Under the pieces are notes generated by a model. The model saw only the letters and a list, made by a program, of their open reading frames with translations. It had not been told where the DNA came from and made no database searches. Of a DNA stretch of 64,000 nt, positions 20,001 through 28,379 are shown piece after piece (the stretch's first letter is position 1; the number at the start of each line of letters is the position of its first letter). The position numbers were made by a program, and so were the translations under genes. Location of the stretch: NCBI GenBank assembly GCA_964519725.1, contig CAZFKS010000003.1:15821-79820 (forward strand), given 5' to 3'. This DNA comes from an uncultured Gammaproteobacteria bacterium. GTDB taxonomy: Bacteria; Patescibacteriota; Patescibacteriia; Magasanikbacterales; UBA922.

Positions 20001-23000
20001 TGAGTAAACATTTACTTGAACAAATTGGATCATCAGTTTTTACTTTGCCATCTTTATTACCCGGATCACATTGTTCACCCACCTCAGCTTCCACTGTGCC
20101 ATTTCCACAAACATTGGCACCATTGTTTTGGTCATTAAACGCATTAGTATTACCTGGTCTCAAACAAGTCAACGAACAAGACACACCTGGTTTTTCACCA
20201 GTGGCCGCAATATCACAGTCTTCACCGGCGTCAATTTTACCATTACCACAAATTGGTAGATCAGCTGCGCCAGTTGCGGCTGTAATCGTACTCCCTTTTT
20301 TGAGACATGAATTAGTACAGAAACTAGGAATGTTACTAAATGAAGCTGGTTTTATTTTTGATATTTTAGCCACGGCCAGGCTCGCCACACTCCAATTATA
20401 TTGATAATCCCATTTGTTAAGCGCTTGACCAACTTTGCTACACGCATTTGGCGCACTGTATGGTGTAACCGTAAATTGATCACGCTGACCAATTTCAGTG
20501 GCACTGAAACTAACTGGGGTCACTACCAGTGAACTAACTTTACATGGTGTGCCATCATTTTTAGTTTTGAAAATCCACTCAGTTTTTGGCAGAGCCTTAC
20601 CTAGTTTTTTTGGATTCGCCCCCAGTAAGGCTTTAATGCTTGAGCCGGTACCATTGAGTGAAACTTTGTAATACGTATTTTTATCAAGAACCGAACCAGG
20701 TTTTAAATTAGCGCGCAAACTAATCGCAGTTGAAGTCTGTTCATCAATTGCATACTGTGAAATTTCATCAGCTTGAGCACAAGCGACACCGTCATTACAT
20801 TTGTAAATCTTGAACCCATCCGCAAAAGTGGCCGTATCCATTTGACGATTAAAATCAGCACGCAAACTAGTGTTAACACAAGACTCAACACAATTTGGTT
20901 CATAATACGTCACTTCTGGATCAGCCAAATCAATGGTGAGTTTACTGGTTGGGGTAAATTTAGAACTACTTTTAACAGTTAAATCAATCACATCATTGCG
21001 CAGGCGAATTGCAAAATACGTTGGACCTGGATCACTAGCTGGAACTTTAGTTGTGACCATCGCGGCCGCATTGTCAGTGGCCAATGGTACTCCAGCTGGT
21101 AAATTAGTTTCTGCCTTATTACTTAAATTATTTAAATCAATCCAGGTTAATTTTTTACTATTTTGATCCCAAGTAAGTGCGATATTGTAAATTCCACTAT
21201 TGCTAAGTGACGGAGTAAAGCAGTGTTGTAAATCAAGTGTAACTGCCCGATAAGTGGTGAAGCAAACTACTGTACCAATAACATTTACCTTATAACCAAT
21301 GCGCGGTTGGGTAATATTCCGCCGTTCAAGCAAGTTAGTGTTAGTTAAACTTGGGGATTTGGAATATTTAAATTGGAGGGTAAATGAACTTTGCAAAGAA
21401 ACGAGCGAACTACCCGCAGTGTTGTAGGCTTTGCCCATTGGTGATACATAACCCGTCGCTGGAACAATAATGTCACTGGTGGCCAGGACATCAGTACCAC
21501 CAATCGTATCTAGTGATGAACCCCCAGCTGACGGATTACCATTATTTACATTTGAAATAGTGGCTTCAGCTTTAATAGTTACAGTGTCTGGCGCAGTGTG
21601 AGCACGCGCAGCCACAATTCCACGACTATTTAGGTATGGTAAAGTCGTTGTCGTTGCTGCTTTGACCGATTTAAATGCGCTCGCTTTATCACTGTCAGTC
21701 CCAGTAATGCCTGGTGCCCACACCCATGGGTACTGATCAACATTTAACACTGAACAATCCTGATTACCTTTTCCCCAAATGTAAAAATAATTTGGAAATG
21801 GTGGAATTTTTTCTGGTGGATTTTGCGTTGGCAAATACAAATCAGCTGAGTTAAATGGAAAACGTGGGTCCTGAATAATACCAAGTTGACGCGTCGTATA
21901 TTCAGCTGGATTAATCCCCGCATCAGTGAGCACACATTCCGCACTATTAGTTTTAAAAGTAAAACAATAAGCCGTTCCATTTCCACACGGACGAGTGGCC
22001 ACAATTGGGGCTGACACAGTGGTGTCAACTCCTAAAAATTTAGTGGCTTTTTTTGATGTTAATCCAGAGCCAATTTCCACCTGGTACCAAGTGTTGGCAG
22101 CCAGAGTTGGCGGGGCCTGTTTAATAATTAGAGTTTTACCTGCACTTTGGTAAGACAAACCAGTGGTCACTGGATCTTTTTTCGCTGCACAATCGATTTG
22201 GCCGTCTTTGGTGCCACAAGCAAAAACTTTAATCGTATTGTTATTAATGGTCGCTTCATCCATGTCTTCAGAAAACCGCACCGCAATACTACTATTTACA
22301 CAGGCAGTGGAATTTACGGCCAAACCAGTCCCCTGACTCCGTGGGGTTGGTGATGGGAACACACTACCATCAGCTTTACATTCTTCGACTACTTTTGGCG
22401 GATAGGTCAAAATACCAGTGGTAAACCGCCACAAATAGGCTGAGTCGCGTGCTTCACCCTGACAAGATTGACTATTAGCTTTCCACTGACCAGCATCTGG
22501 ACCACTTGGACAACAGTGAAAACCTGGTAATGGTGATTTACTGTTTACACAACTATCAACCGTGTATGTAACGCCATTACTAAGTAAATTAGTACCAAAA
22601 GATTTAAATTTAATTGGTCCAGTACTCATTGACCGACCAGACTGATTACTGACTGGTAAAGTGGTGACAATTTTACTACTGGTAATGTCTTTAATTACAT
22701 TTAAACCATCAAACCGATCGCGAGTTGAGTCTAACCAGGTAGCGTAATTATTTGGATCAGCGCCACTTTGCCAAAAATACAGGGTTGGATTAGTTGTTAC
22801 AAAATTTAAACCATAAATTGTGAGTCCACTGCTGCCAGATGGTAATGGTGCTGGACCAGCATTTGGGGCTAAGCGACAAATACCTGGGCGTGGTTCACCA
22901 TTCACAACCTCAATCGAATCTTGTGCGCTACTGGTAAAACCACTGGAATTTTTAATAATAACTACTGCTTTTGAGCCATTAAACGAACCTGGAATTTGAC

Positions 23001-25365
23001 CAATAATTTGTGTATCACCCCAGGTGTCCCCACACTGAGTTGGGAGTGAATCAATATTTAAAAGTTTACAGTCTGGATCAGGAATACTTCCAAGGCAGGC
23101 TGTAGTTGGATTAAGTGGGCGACCGGCTGGGAATAACCAGACTTGGCCAGTCTCATTACCAAACCCACGACCATTAATTGTAACTAAACTTAATTTAGTG
23201 GTACTGGTTGGATCAATACTGCTAATACTTGGGACAATTTGCGCTTTATCAGCTGACAAAATATTAAATTTAACGCCGTTACTTGATTGTCCACCAGCAC
23301 TTACGTGCACCGCATAATTACCAGCTTTCAAATTACTTGGCACACGTGAATTGATCGCGAGATCAGTCCAGTTATTACCTGAAGTTTCAGCTGGAAAACC
23401 ACCACTCAGCGCACCAGTGATTGGATTTTTATTAGCCCCAAACACTAAGCGATCCGTGTCACCTTTGGTCCCAAAACCAGAACCTTTCGCAGTCACTGGC
23501 ACATCTGGTAAACCAGCTTCATTACCAGCTGGGAGCGTAACTTTTTGTCCGCCCAACGTCACTTCCGTGTCAGTAGTGACCCCAACTTTACACAAACCTG
23601 GACGCTGGGTCGTATTAATTACAAAGAGCCCATCAGTGTTTGGTTTTGGTCCAAAATCATTGATAGTCGTGTCAGTTTTATTATCAGCCGTAACGATTTT
23701 AATTGGGGTTTCCACACCCGTGGAAAAATCCGCACTTGGACCAGGCACAGCTACTACCACCCAGTATGGACTCCAGGATGCGCCGGTTCCACAATTGACT
23801 ACAGTCGCCTCCACCCACTCATTGTCAGTGGTGAATTTACCATCATCATTACGATCGACACCAAAGTACACTTTACCTTGTTTAGTGCCAAAATTTTTAC
23901 CCGCAATCGTAATCCAATTACCTGGCGCACCATTACCTGGATCAAGATTAGTAATGGCTGGGGCTGGTGAGCATTTATTATCAACACACTGGTAGCCACT
24001 GGAACAATCTGAGTCTTCACTACACTGATCCCCATCACCACCACCACAAGAACCACCACTGTCTGGACCAGTTTCATCACCATCTTGAATATCATTATCA
24101 CAGTGCGTAGCGACTACTCTAAAATTCACGCTACTGGTCTGCACATTACCATCAATATCAAAAGCAGTTAAAGTAACCAAATAATTCTGACCGGCTTTAA
24201 ATTTCCCGCTTAGTTTAGTCGAGTAATCAACAGTGAACGGCTGAGAAGATCCTTCCTGTCCAGTTGGGGCACTATAACCAGTCAGTATTGTATTTCCTCC
24301 CACTTCACTTATGACTATTTTTACCAAACCATTACCACCATAACTCACGTTTTTTCGATCATTTATGATTGCTGAAATAGTAAAGTTAGAATTCAAAGGA
24401 AAATTAAGGTCAGTGCCAGACAGACCATTTAAACTAATTTGTTCCACAGCAGGTTTGGTGGCATCATTAATATCCTCATCAACAGTAAAGTACCCTGTAT
24501 TTCCATAAGTAACCTCACCCACTGAGTATTTAGTTTTGAGACTTTTTCCAGAAGTATCTTTCAGATCAGGATTAACTGTCACTGTTATATAATTACCACT
24601 ATTAACTCTAAATGGCGTGGCAACACCATTTTCCACGTAGTTAATTTCCAAAACCCGGTTTCCCTCAACAAGAGAAATTTTAATTGGCAAAGGATTATTG
24701 TTAATGACCAGACTAGCCGCCTTACTAATATCATTTTCATCACTAAGCGGCCGACTAAATAGAACACGGACCGTGACATTCTTCATGCCCGTTAAAATCT
24801 GATTTTCAGAGTCACTACCTGGTGTAATCGCTTTGACATAAAACTCTCGCTCCTGACAAATTGATGCTCCTGGGTTGTCTTGGCAAAACCGATCACAATC
24901 ATCAGCATTATAATTATCACCTTCACAACTACCTGGGTCTGGCAGATCACTAGAGCCATTATCACTGGCCACATCAGAACCCCCATTAATGGCACTGTTT
25001 AATTGGTTAAACACAAATTGGACAATGGCCCAAGCCGAAAAAATAATCACGAGACCAATAACTGCGTTCACAATGTATTTTTTACCTTCGGCCACCCGAT
25101 CTTCATTACCACCAGCGGTCATGTACAAAAAGCCACCGTACAAAATCAGTCCAACCGTAATAATTCCAAGTAAACCAAGCGCAATATTAATAAACCGGGC
25201 GGCAATTTCGCGGATGTCACCTCCACCCAAGGTCAAAGCATTATCAACTGGCTTTAAACCAAAAGTGTCACCTTCATTTTGCGCGCTTACCTGCGTGGCA
25301 ATACCCAAAAACACCAAACCAGCCATGAGTAGGCCGGCAAAAAATAGTTTGGTGCGTTGCTTCAT
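14077..25365 (-). CDS. Giant (3762 aa) surface protein: VirB2/TrbC-like pilin anchor, IPT/TIG and Ig-like (Big_5) domains, ~11 Cys-rich CGNG..E.CD repeats (DUF4215-like), internal GspG/pilin-like segment
   Basis: N-terminal INIALGLLGII...YGGFLYMTAGGNEDRVAEGKK.I.NAVIGLVII; PAITNLDP.NG.PGNWITIAGKNFG (IPT); CVNSSIAVRFSEDMD (Big_5); repeated CGNG/CGD motifs; RDWKRLADV...LPTDP. Confidence 0.85.
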   Translation of the reverse strand: MKQRTKLFFAGLLMAGLVFLGIATQVSAQNEGDTFGLKPVDNALTLGGGDIREIAARFINIALGLLGIITVGLILYGGFLYMTAGGNEDRVAEGKKYIVNAVIGLVIIFSAWAIVQFVFNQLNSAINGGSDVASDNGSSDLPDPGSCEGDNYNADDCDRFCQDNPGASICQEREFYVKAITPGSDSENQILTGMKNVTVRVLFSRPLSDENDISKAASLVINNNPLPIKISLVEGNRVLEINYVENGVATPFRVNSGNYITVTVNPDLKDTSGKSLKTKYSVGEVTYGNTGYFTVDEDINDATKPAVEQISLNGLSGTDLNFPLNSNFTISAIINDRKNVSYGGNGLVKIVISEVGGNTILTGYSAPTGQEGSSQPFTVDYSTKLSGKFKAGQNYLVTLTAFDIDGNVQTSSVNFRVVATHCDNDIQDGDETGPDSGGSCGGGDGDQCSEDSDCSSGYQCVDNKCSPAPAITNLDPGNGAPGNWITIAGKNFGTKQGKVYFGVDRNDDGKFTTDNEWVEATVVNCGTGASWSPYWVVVAVPGPSADFSTGVETPIKIVTADNKTDTTINDFGPKPNTDGLFVINTTQRPGLCKVGVTTDTEVTLGGQKVTLPAGNEAGLPDVPVTAKGSGFGTKGDTDRLVFGANKNPITGALSGGFPAETSGNNWTDLAINSRVPSNLKAGNYAVHVSAGGQSSNGVKFNILSADKAQIVPSISSIDPTSTTKLSLVTINGRGFGNETGQVWLFPAGRPLNPTTACLGSIPDPDCKLLNIDSLPTQCGDTWGDTQIIGQIPGSFNGSKAVVIIKNSSGFTSSAQDSIEVVNGEPRPGICRLAPNAGPAPLPSGSSGLTIYGLNFVTTNPTLYFWQSGADPNNYATWLDSTRDRFDGLNVIKDITSSKIVTTLPVSNQSGRSMSTGPIKFKSFGTNLLSNGVTYTVDSCVNSKSPLPGFHCCPSGPDAGQWKANSQSCQGEARDSAYLWRFTTGILTYPPKVVEECKADGSVFPSPTPRSQGTGLAVNSTACVNSSIAVRFSEDMDEATINNNTIKVFACGTKDGQIDCAAKKDPVTTGLSYQSAGKTLIIKQAPPTLAANTWYQVEIGSGLTSKKATKFLGVDTTVSAPIVATRPCGNGTAYCFTFKTNSAECVLTDAGINPAEYTTRQLGIIQDPRFPFNSADLYLPTQNPPEKIPPFPNYFYIWGKGNQDCSVLNVDQYPWVWAPGITGTDSDKASAFKSVKAATTTTLPYLNSRGIVAARAHTAPDTVTIKAEATISNVNNGNPSAGGSSLDTIGGTDVLATSDIIVPATGYVSPMGKAYNTAGSSLVSLQSSFTLQFKYSKSPSLTNTNLLERRNITQPRIGYKVNVIGTVVCFTTYRAVTLDLQHCFTPSLSNSGIYNIALTWDQNSKKLTWIDLNNLSNKAETNLPAGVPLATDNAAAMVTTKVPASDPGPTYFAIRLRNDVIDLTVKSSSKFTPTSKLTIDLADPEVTYYEPNCVESCVNTSLRADFNRQMDTATFADGFKIYKCNDGVACAQADEISQYAIDEQTSTAISLRANLKPGSVLDKNTYYKVSLNGTGSSIKALLGANPKKLGKALPKTEWIFKTKNDGTPCKVSSLVVTPVSFSATEIGQRDQFTVTPYSAPNACSKVGQALNKWDYQYNWSVASLAVAKISKIKPASFSNIPSFCTNSCLKKGSTITAATGAADLPICGNGKIDAGEDCDIAATGEKPGVSCSLTCLRPGNTNAFNDQNNGANVCGNGTVEAEVGEQCDPGNKDGKVKTDDPICSSKCLLKGSTTGNTTVGVANCGDSFVTAGQELCDPNDPATKAGCTNQCLHAGTKVASFWCKDNQANFGTNPACLNSVSVCGNGIIEQAEDCEISGPNASGAGVCSSQCLFIDACGLPADKRPCQAGDLGCTNKCTLQGSKTSYSTPSICGDTTIGIGENKSCELPSGDSSNTAGPTQLVEAVGQGSLVAGQTYQQTDIHVNTVTENKTVSSTADYRLQCGYQEFDQPISLSKIDADVEGNAYNDCPNNYDNSKGVDGQSCCQLRPKRVAESPADGAGFFSAGVCRNTNIEVEFSKELNSDTISQNMFLVRGFTESNFDCTADPVNGQDFTSYVKKTVAGETPDLGFWARLWQRIVAWFHDLLGNSATATTVTDLSEFKNIKTWCSVGMPVTTESHTITKPDSTKATVASLAISQALEPTTVYGVLLRGDRGGITDVRGVPLGSKPDSENNSRNDSWFFKTGAKICKLSGVVVDPTSYLFKKPNTSATFTALGFTDDAGTTGKIVPVAGYRWDWAWLPQNNPVFDFAPQTPTNKLNVTAKNVAGEVTGVAQAIVTEDASTENNQKGKIFSGTFQLTAFFCERPWPSEANFPYKDTEYNFSTGYCADSGKAGDASDDLPLLKDALSLGGVPGSTDTLRKLVFFNDKNEDAIGIQVFSSEEPLVEWYEKKFGTTGSMQATTVGGYRALTDNNNYYVQALNLAPGASSSPTDDKVYSNIYLFSINPNASDESRAVFKKFIDNLQFNINVTNHGYCLKPGGNIRTNPNLFSATQCTTDFNCRDAEGVALAGTSGVCSNARTKFQRDWKRLADVRTAQENIDEYFAANKDKFDFKGDLAGGSFAPGYTVSRWGQSWGTLQTLVGGLPTDPLNQWTNCQADDKQTCWNAGNTTYYCPKYASVYEYEYVPSTRSYIFHAPLEFFTVNDQVTKDQVNVANFSSSRWAGCASGAYNPFSEKCGDGVLNANEQCEPPGTIEQVTEIQNATTFKCASWASSKSCTTAAQCGQYSQNFATGSPAAKVHVADGKQGVCAVNRGSAILLPYRTMPRQGNDEFELVSCSSNANCQVDRNYDAGNNLTNLGLASYDPAAKTLAKAPSGLGDFANYYNSEKPNFYCNETLTKTATFTSDTCVPSGYGTVQCPANQIVTRTCTNSCTWQYGSCGSAGSCGNGIVEGGESCDDGALNGTYGHCNAPTDGAPGCTGLAAAGYCGNGKLDKDSTGKALEFCDPSVPGSLFTANYNAAQAKSCAWDCQEYGAYCGDGLTQTDKGEECDDGNTKDDAKCMANCKLPAISCLKAVEAKSTIENGVTNFTLPISGGFLSESSCNAATPRSLCAAANLTCKEVKIGSTVLGCDSNYSKLGVSSKISDFVLAVLAPDVVSCNGIYVPGGVNNLPPDTAAAQCGNGVLEKELGEECDAGKNNDVKCVPVTGEKYCSYCGKGCKILTTDNLVYCGNGTLDPGEKCETKSDGSIIALSGSGNTSDCGVGLQECLLTCNGNADCNAACNKKYSNCTPSTFVASCSEFGSYSCSSCKTVIPQCLQCGFFEKGALPQVRVINPLVPATQSFGDLYDDSYTISLFRGLDANQTGTNAQKQALSSGLTKYANNNTALNLRRMVNGVTGDIDDYIQTNNQCTNKYTVVFNAAKVVKNGSTASTIKGSDLNGSTFVFPVNGQADKIEQQIFYSPAVPPSTFRVVMSWTDTNAKFNGLVYNDETPSTGSTAVKEDSLIDYLTAATAQTLIPNLQTVVDMINNDSTYQEHPCVDVYGQPRSEADNGGSICSDEEIKDGLEAWMNEVNKFVPPTIDACNNMSQIAGYWAPNALGFRTFANKLPYSSKARYLCREVNGVKISEQVNSKTVQTIAFTIKPPTNSTKPFAFLVGEYGSSGLPAQRNGDLQVRVYEYRDGQVPLYSIYGPTYTFSIKNTGSSTSNPSAAQYWHAFNLVKEGNVYVVKKVPQTNSSGTVTGEYADGMLQSTFCSTLNHIPGESCSQ

Positions 25366-25368
25366 AGA

Positions 25369-27597
25369 TTATTGTAAGTCTGGTGGTGGACTCCACGGAC
25401 TGGCCGCTTTGACTTTGATTAAACAGGCCGCTAAATCTTTTTGAATTTGTTCGCCTGGGACTTGTCCAAAAATACAGGCCGTGTCACTAATCGCATCAAA
25501 GGTCACAGGCGCACAATTTTGTGATTGGGCTGGGCTTCCATTTACCCCCTCAGTATAGCTACAGATTGGCGAGGTATTTTTTTCACCTGGAATTGGCACT
25601 GGACCCCGACCTGGATACAAACAATTTTGATTTTCAGCTTTAACTGTGCTTGAAACAAAGGGGAAATAGTAAAGGTCAAGGTTTCCAGTCCCAAAGTCGC
25701 GGGGATGCTGGGCCGTGGCAACCGTATTTTCACCACCCTCTGCTGGTGCCATTTCAAAGTAGTATGGAAAATCTTCTAACTGGATGCCGTCCCGACCAGT
25801 CACATTGGCTGGATATTCAATTACACCACTGCCTTTTGGGATAGTACTATACCACATTGGCTTGCTGAAATAAATTTTTACCAGGTCCTTACCACCCACA
25901 CCTTCGCCCTCTAAATTTGGGGTCACTTGTTTAATGTAGGGCACAGTATTATCAATTGCATTTTTTACTTTAAAACCCCAGAAAAAGTTATCTGGTACTT
26001 TTTCATTTTCGGCTACAGTTTTAAAATTGCCAGGCAATTGCGGTTTGTGTTTAGTCGTTTGGCCGGGAATTGTCGCGAGCAGACCATCAGCTTTATTATC
26101 TGGACCATTATCAAGCGCATTACCCGCCATATCATTCACCCCGGTAAATGGTTGGGCCACAAATGAATTTTCGGCTGCATTTAACAGCGCGGCAGTGCGC
26201 ACCAAACCATTGTAATCAGCGGTACAATTTAAATCAGTTGGCGAACAATTACTTACTGGTAAGCAGTACATCTTTTCACCGCAACTGTTTTGCCCACACT
26301 CTTCAGCCGAAATAAATTCAAGGGTGGAATAACCATTGGAAATTCGCCACTCGCCTTTTACATTTGGGTTACCAAAAATAATATTCGTGAACGCACTATT
26401 ATCACCTAGTACGCCTTGAGTCACCGTTGGGTCAACCGGTTCATTAAAATTAATTTGTACAATAATATTACGTGCAATCGTTTGACCAGCTTTTGGCCGA
26501 GTCGATACAACGTGCGGTGGCGTTAAATCAAGCGTGGTATTGGTTTCAAAATTCCAGGCATAAAATTTACTAATAAATTGTTGTGGGAAAATGTCTGTAC
26601 CATCAAGCCGCTTGATACCAACATTTTTATTTTCACCACCAATTAATTTAACCGTGTTCCAAACATTTTTTAAATCACTACCCAGCGGTTCAAGTGGCCT
26701 AAAGGTAAAGACCGTGGCCTTTTTTTCTTGATCATATACCGCGAGTGCCGCCATTTTAGCGTAAGTTTTGGTAGTACTAGTAGCCTGTTCTTTTGGAAAT
26801 ACTTGCACCGCATCAGTGCGCACCTGATCACACTCAGTTTCCCAATTAATGGCTTGATCGTTATTTAAATCAACACAATCACCATAATATTCCAAATCTT
26901 TGCCGTCTTTATCTTTAAGACAAGCATCTGGCGCAATTTTGACTGGCTCGATGAAACCCATTTTTGACCAACAAGTTTGGTTAGTATTAGTAATTAAACT
27001 GCTTGGTAAAATTGGTTCAGCAAAAGTAACGGCAATTTTTGTGTTGCGCGCCACATTAACTTGGTTTGGACGTGGGTAATGATCTTTAATAATTGACCCA
27101 AGACCACCGGTTCCAACGTAGGAAGCAAAAAATGGTTGTGGCGCATCACTGTCAGTGTTATTAAATCCACCGCCAAACGTGTCCGAGAGTGATTTGAAAA
27201 TAAAACGCACAATTGCAAAGGTGGACATGATAATCACTAGACCAACCACAGCGTTAGTGAGTACACGCTTACCTTGCGCCACTTTTTCTTCATTACCCGC
27301 TGAGGTCATGATTAAAAAGCCCCCGTACAAAACCAAACCAAAGGCAATAATTCCCAGTAAGCCCAAAATTACATTAATAATTCGGCCCGCAATTTCCCGA
27401 ATATCGCCACCACCTAAATTAATCGTGTTTTGGACTGGCTGCAGTCCCAGCGCATCGGTTTGCGCCAGTACAGGGTTTGGGATGGCACTAAAAACGAAAA
27501 TAAAAAAAACAAAGACTAGAGCGGTTCTGACGAACTGTCTAGTCTTGTTAGAAGTAACCAGTGAGAGAATCCAAGGAAGCATGAACCTGGGACTCAA
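25369..27597 (-). CDS. VirB2-like pilin-anchored protein with Ig-like (Big_5) domains
   Basis: N-terminus paralogous to the giant protein (LGGGDIREIA.R.IN..LGLLGII..GL.LYGGFL.MT.AGNE); HYPRPNQVNVARNTKIAVTFAEPI and PHVVSTRP...IARNIIVQINFNEPVDP. Confidence 0.8.
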   Translation of the reverse strand: MSPRFMLPWILSLVTSNKTRQFVRTALVFVFFIFVFSAIPNPVLAQTDALGLQPVQNTINLGGGDIREIAGRIINVILGLLGIIAFGLVLYGGFLIMTSAGNEEKVAQGKRVLTNAVVGLVIIMSTFAIVRFIFKSLSDTFGGGFNNTDSDAPQPFFASYVGTGGLGSIIKDHYPRPNQVNVARNTKIAVTFAEPILPSSLITNTNQTCWSKMGFIEPVKIAPDACLKDKDGKDLEYYGDCVDLNNDQAINWETECDQVRTDAVQVFPKEQATSTTKTYAKMAALAVYDQEKKATVFTFRPLEPLGSDLKNVWNTVKLIGGENKNVGIKRLDGTDIFPQQFISKFYAWNFETNTTLDLTPPHVVSTRPKAGQTIARNIIVQINFNEPVDPTVTQGVLGDNSAFTNIIFGNPNVKGEWRISNGYSTLEFISAEECGQNSCGEKMYCLPVSNCSPTDLNCTADYNGLVRTAALLNAAENSFVAQPFTGVNDMAGNALDNGPDNKADGLLATIPGQTTKHKPQLPGNFKTVAENEKVPDNFFWGFKVKNAIDNTVPYIKQVTPNLEGEGVGGKDLVKIYFSKPMWYSTIPKGSGVIEYPANVTGRDGIQLEDFPYYFEMAPAEGGENTVATAQHPRDFGTGNLDLYYFPFVSSTVKAENQNCLYPGRGPVPIPGEKNTSPICSYTEGVNGSPAQSQNCAPVTFDAISDTACIFGQVPGEQIQKDLAACLIKVKAASPWSPPPDLQ

Positions 27598-27606
27598 AAA
27601 TAAATT

Positions 27607-28053
27607 TTAGCCGCCGAGCTGTTTCAAAATCTCAGTTCTGACGCGACTACCATCAGCCTTGCCTTTGACTCGGCCCATTACAGCGCCGGTGGCTTTACCA
27701 CTGTCTTTGGCAGTCAGTGGTCCAAGCGTTGCCAGCACTTCTTTAACAATGCTTGCAAGCTCTTCATCACTTAACTGCTCAGGCAAAAAGCTGGTCAGTA
27801 ATTTTATTTCGGTGTTGGTTTTATCAATCAAATCTTGCCGACCAGCTTTAGTAAAATCACCTAAAGCATCGGACAATTGTTTGACCTGTCTGGCCACAAT
27901 CGCTTCTGCGTCTGTGCCAGTTACGGTTTTACCGTGATTGATTTCTTCATTTTTTATGGCTGCCAAAACATTCTGCAAACTGTCTAGAGTCACACTGTCA
28001 TGACTTTTCCGAGCGGTTTCTCTAGCAGCTTTCAGGGCTTCAACAATTTCCAT
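27607..28053 (-). CDS. yqeY: GatB/YqeY domain protein
   Basis: LAAIKNEEI...RQVKQ...F.KAGRQDL...EI..L..FLPEQLS.EEL...GKATGAVM..VKGKADG; follows rpsU as usual. Confidence 0.9.
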   Translation of the reverse strand: MEIVEALKAARETARKSHDSVTLDSLQNVLAAIKNEEINHGKTVTGTDAEAIVARQVKQLSDALGDFTKAGRQDLIDKTNTEIKLLTSFLPEQLSDEELASIVKEVLATLGPLTAKDSGKATGAVMGRVKGKADGSRVRTEILKQLGG

Positions 28054-28055
28054 AG

Positions 28056-28310
28056 CTATTTACTATTGCGTTTTTGGTACTCAGCCAATTCTTTTTTCGA
28101 CATTTTACCATTATTGCGGCGATATTCCATCCGGCCTTTGGTCTCAATGCGACTTACGGCTGATTTACGGCGAGCGTTTTTAGTTGGCTTACCTTTGAAG
28201 TATTGGCGTTTCTTGCTTTCAAGAATCCGACCAGAACTTTGCCAGCCTTTTTTGACCCGGCGCATGTAACCTTCAAACTGCTCGTTTTTGTGACGTTTAA
28301 TTTCTGACAC
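28056..28310 (-). CDS. rpsU: 30S ribosomal protein bS21 (divergent, C-terminally extended); start GTG 28310
   Basis: EIKRHKNEQFEGYMRRVKK...SGRILESKKRQYF..KPTKNARRKSA; conserved rpsU-yqeY synteny; strong SD 5 nt before the GTG. Confidence 0.8.
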   Translation of the reverse strand: MSEIKRHKNEQFEGYMRRVKKGWQSSGRILESKKRQYFKGKPTKNARRKSAVSRIETKGRMEYRRNNGKMSKKELAEYQKRNSK

Positions 28311-28315
28311 ACTAT

Positions 28316-28378
28316 TCACCTCCTGAGGTGATTAATAATTAATGGCTGTATCTTAACTAAAATTAGCCTAAATGTCAA
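28316..28378 (-). promoter_or_regulatory. rpsU promoter and hairpin-embedded Shine-Dalgarno
   Basis: TTGACA (28378-28373), 17 nt, TAAGAT (28355-28350); AGGAGGTGA at 28324-28316 inside the inverted repeat TCACCTC-AG-GAGGTGA. Confidence 0.7.
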
Positions 28379-28379
28379 A

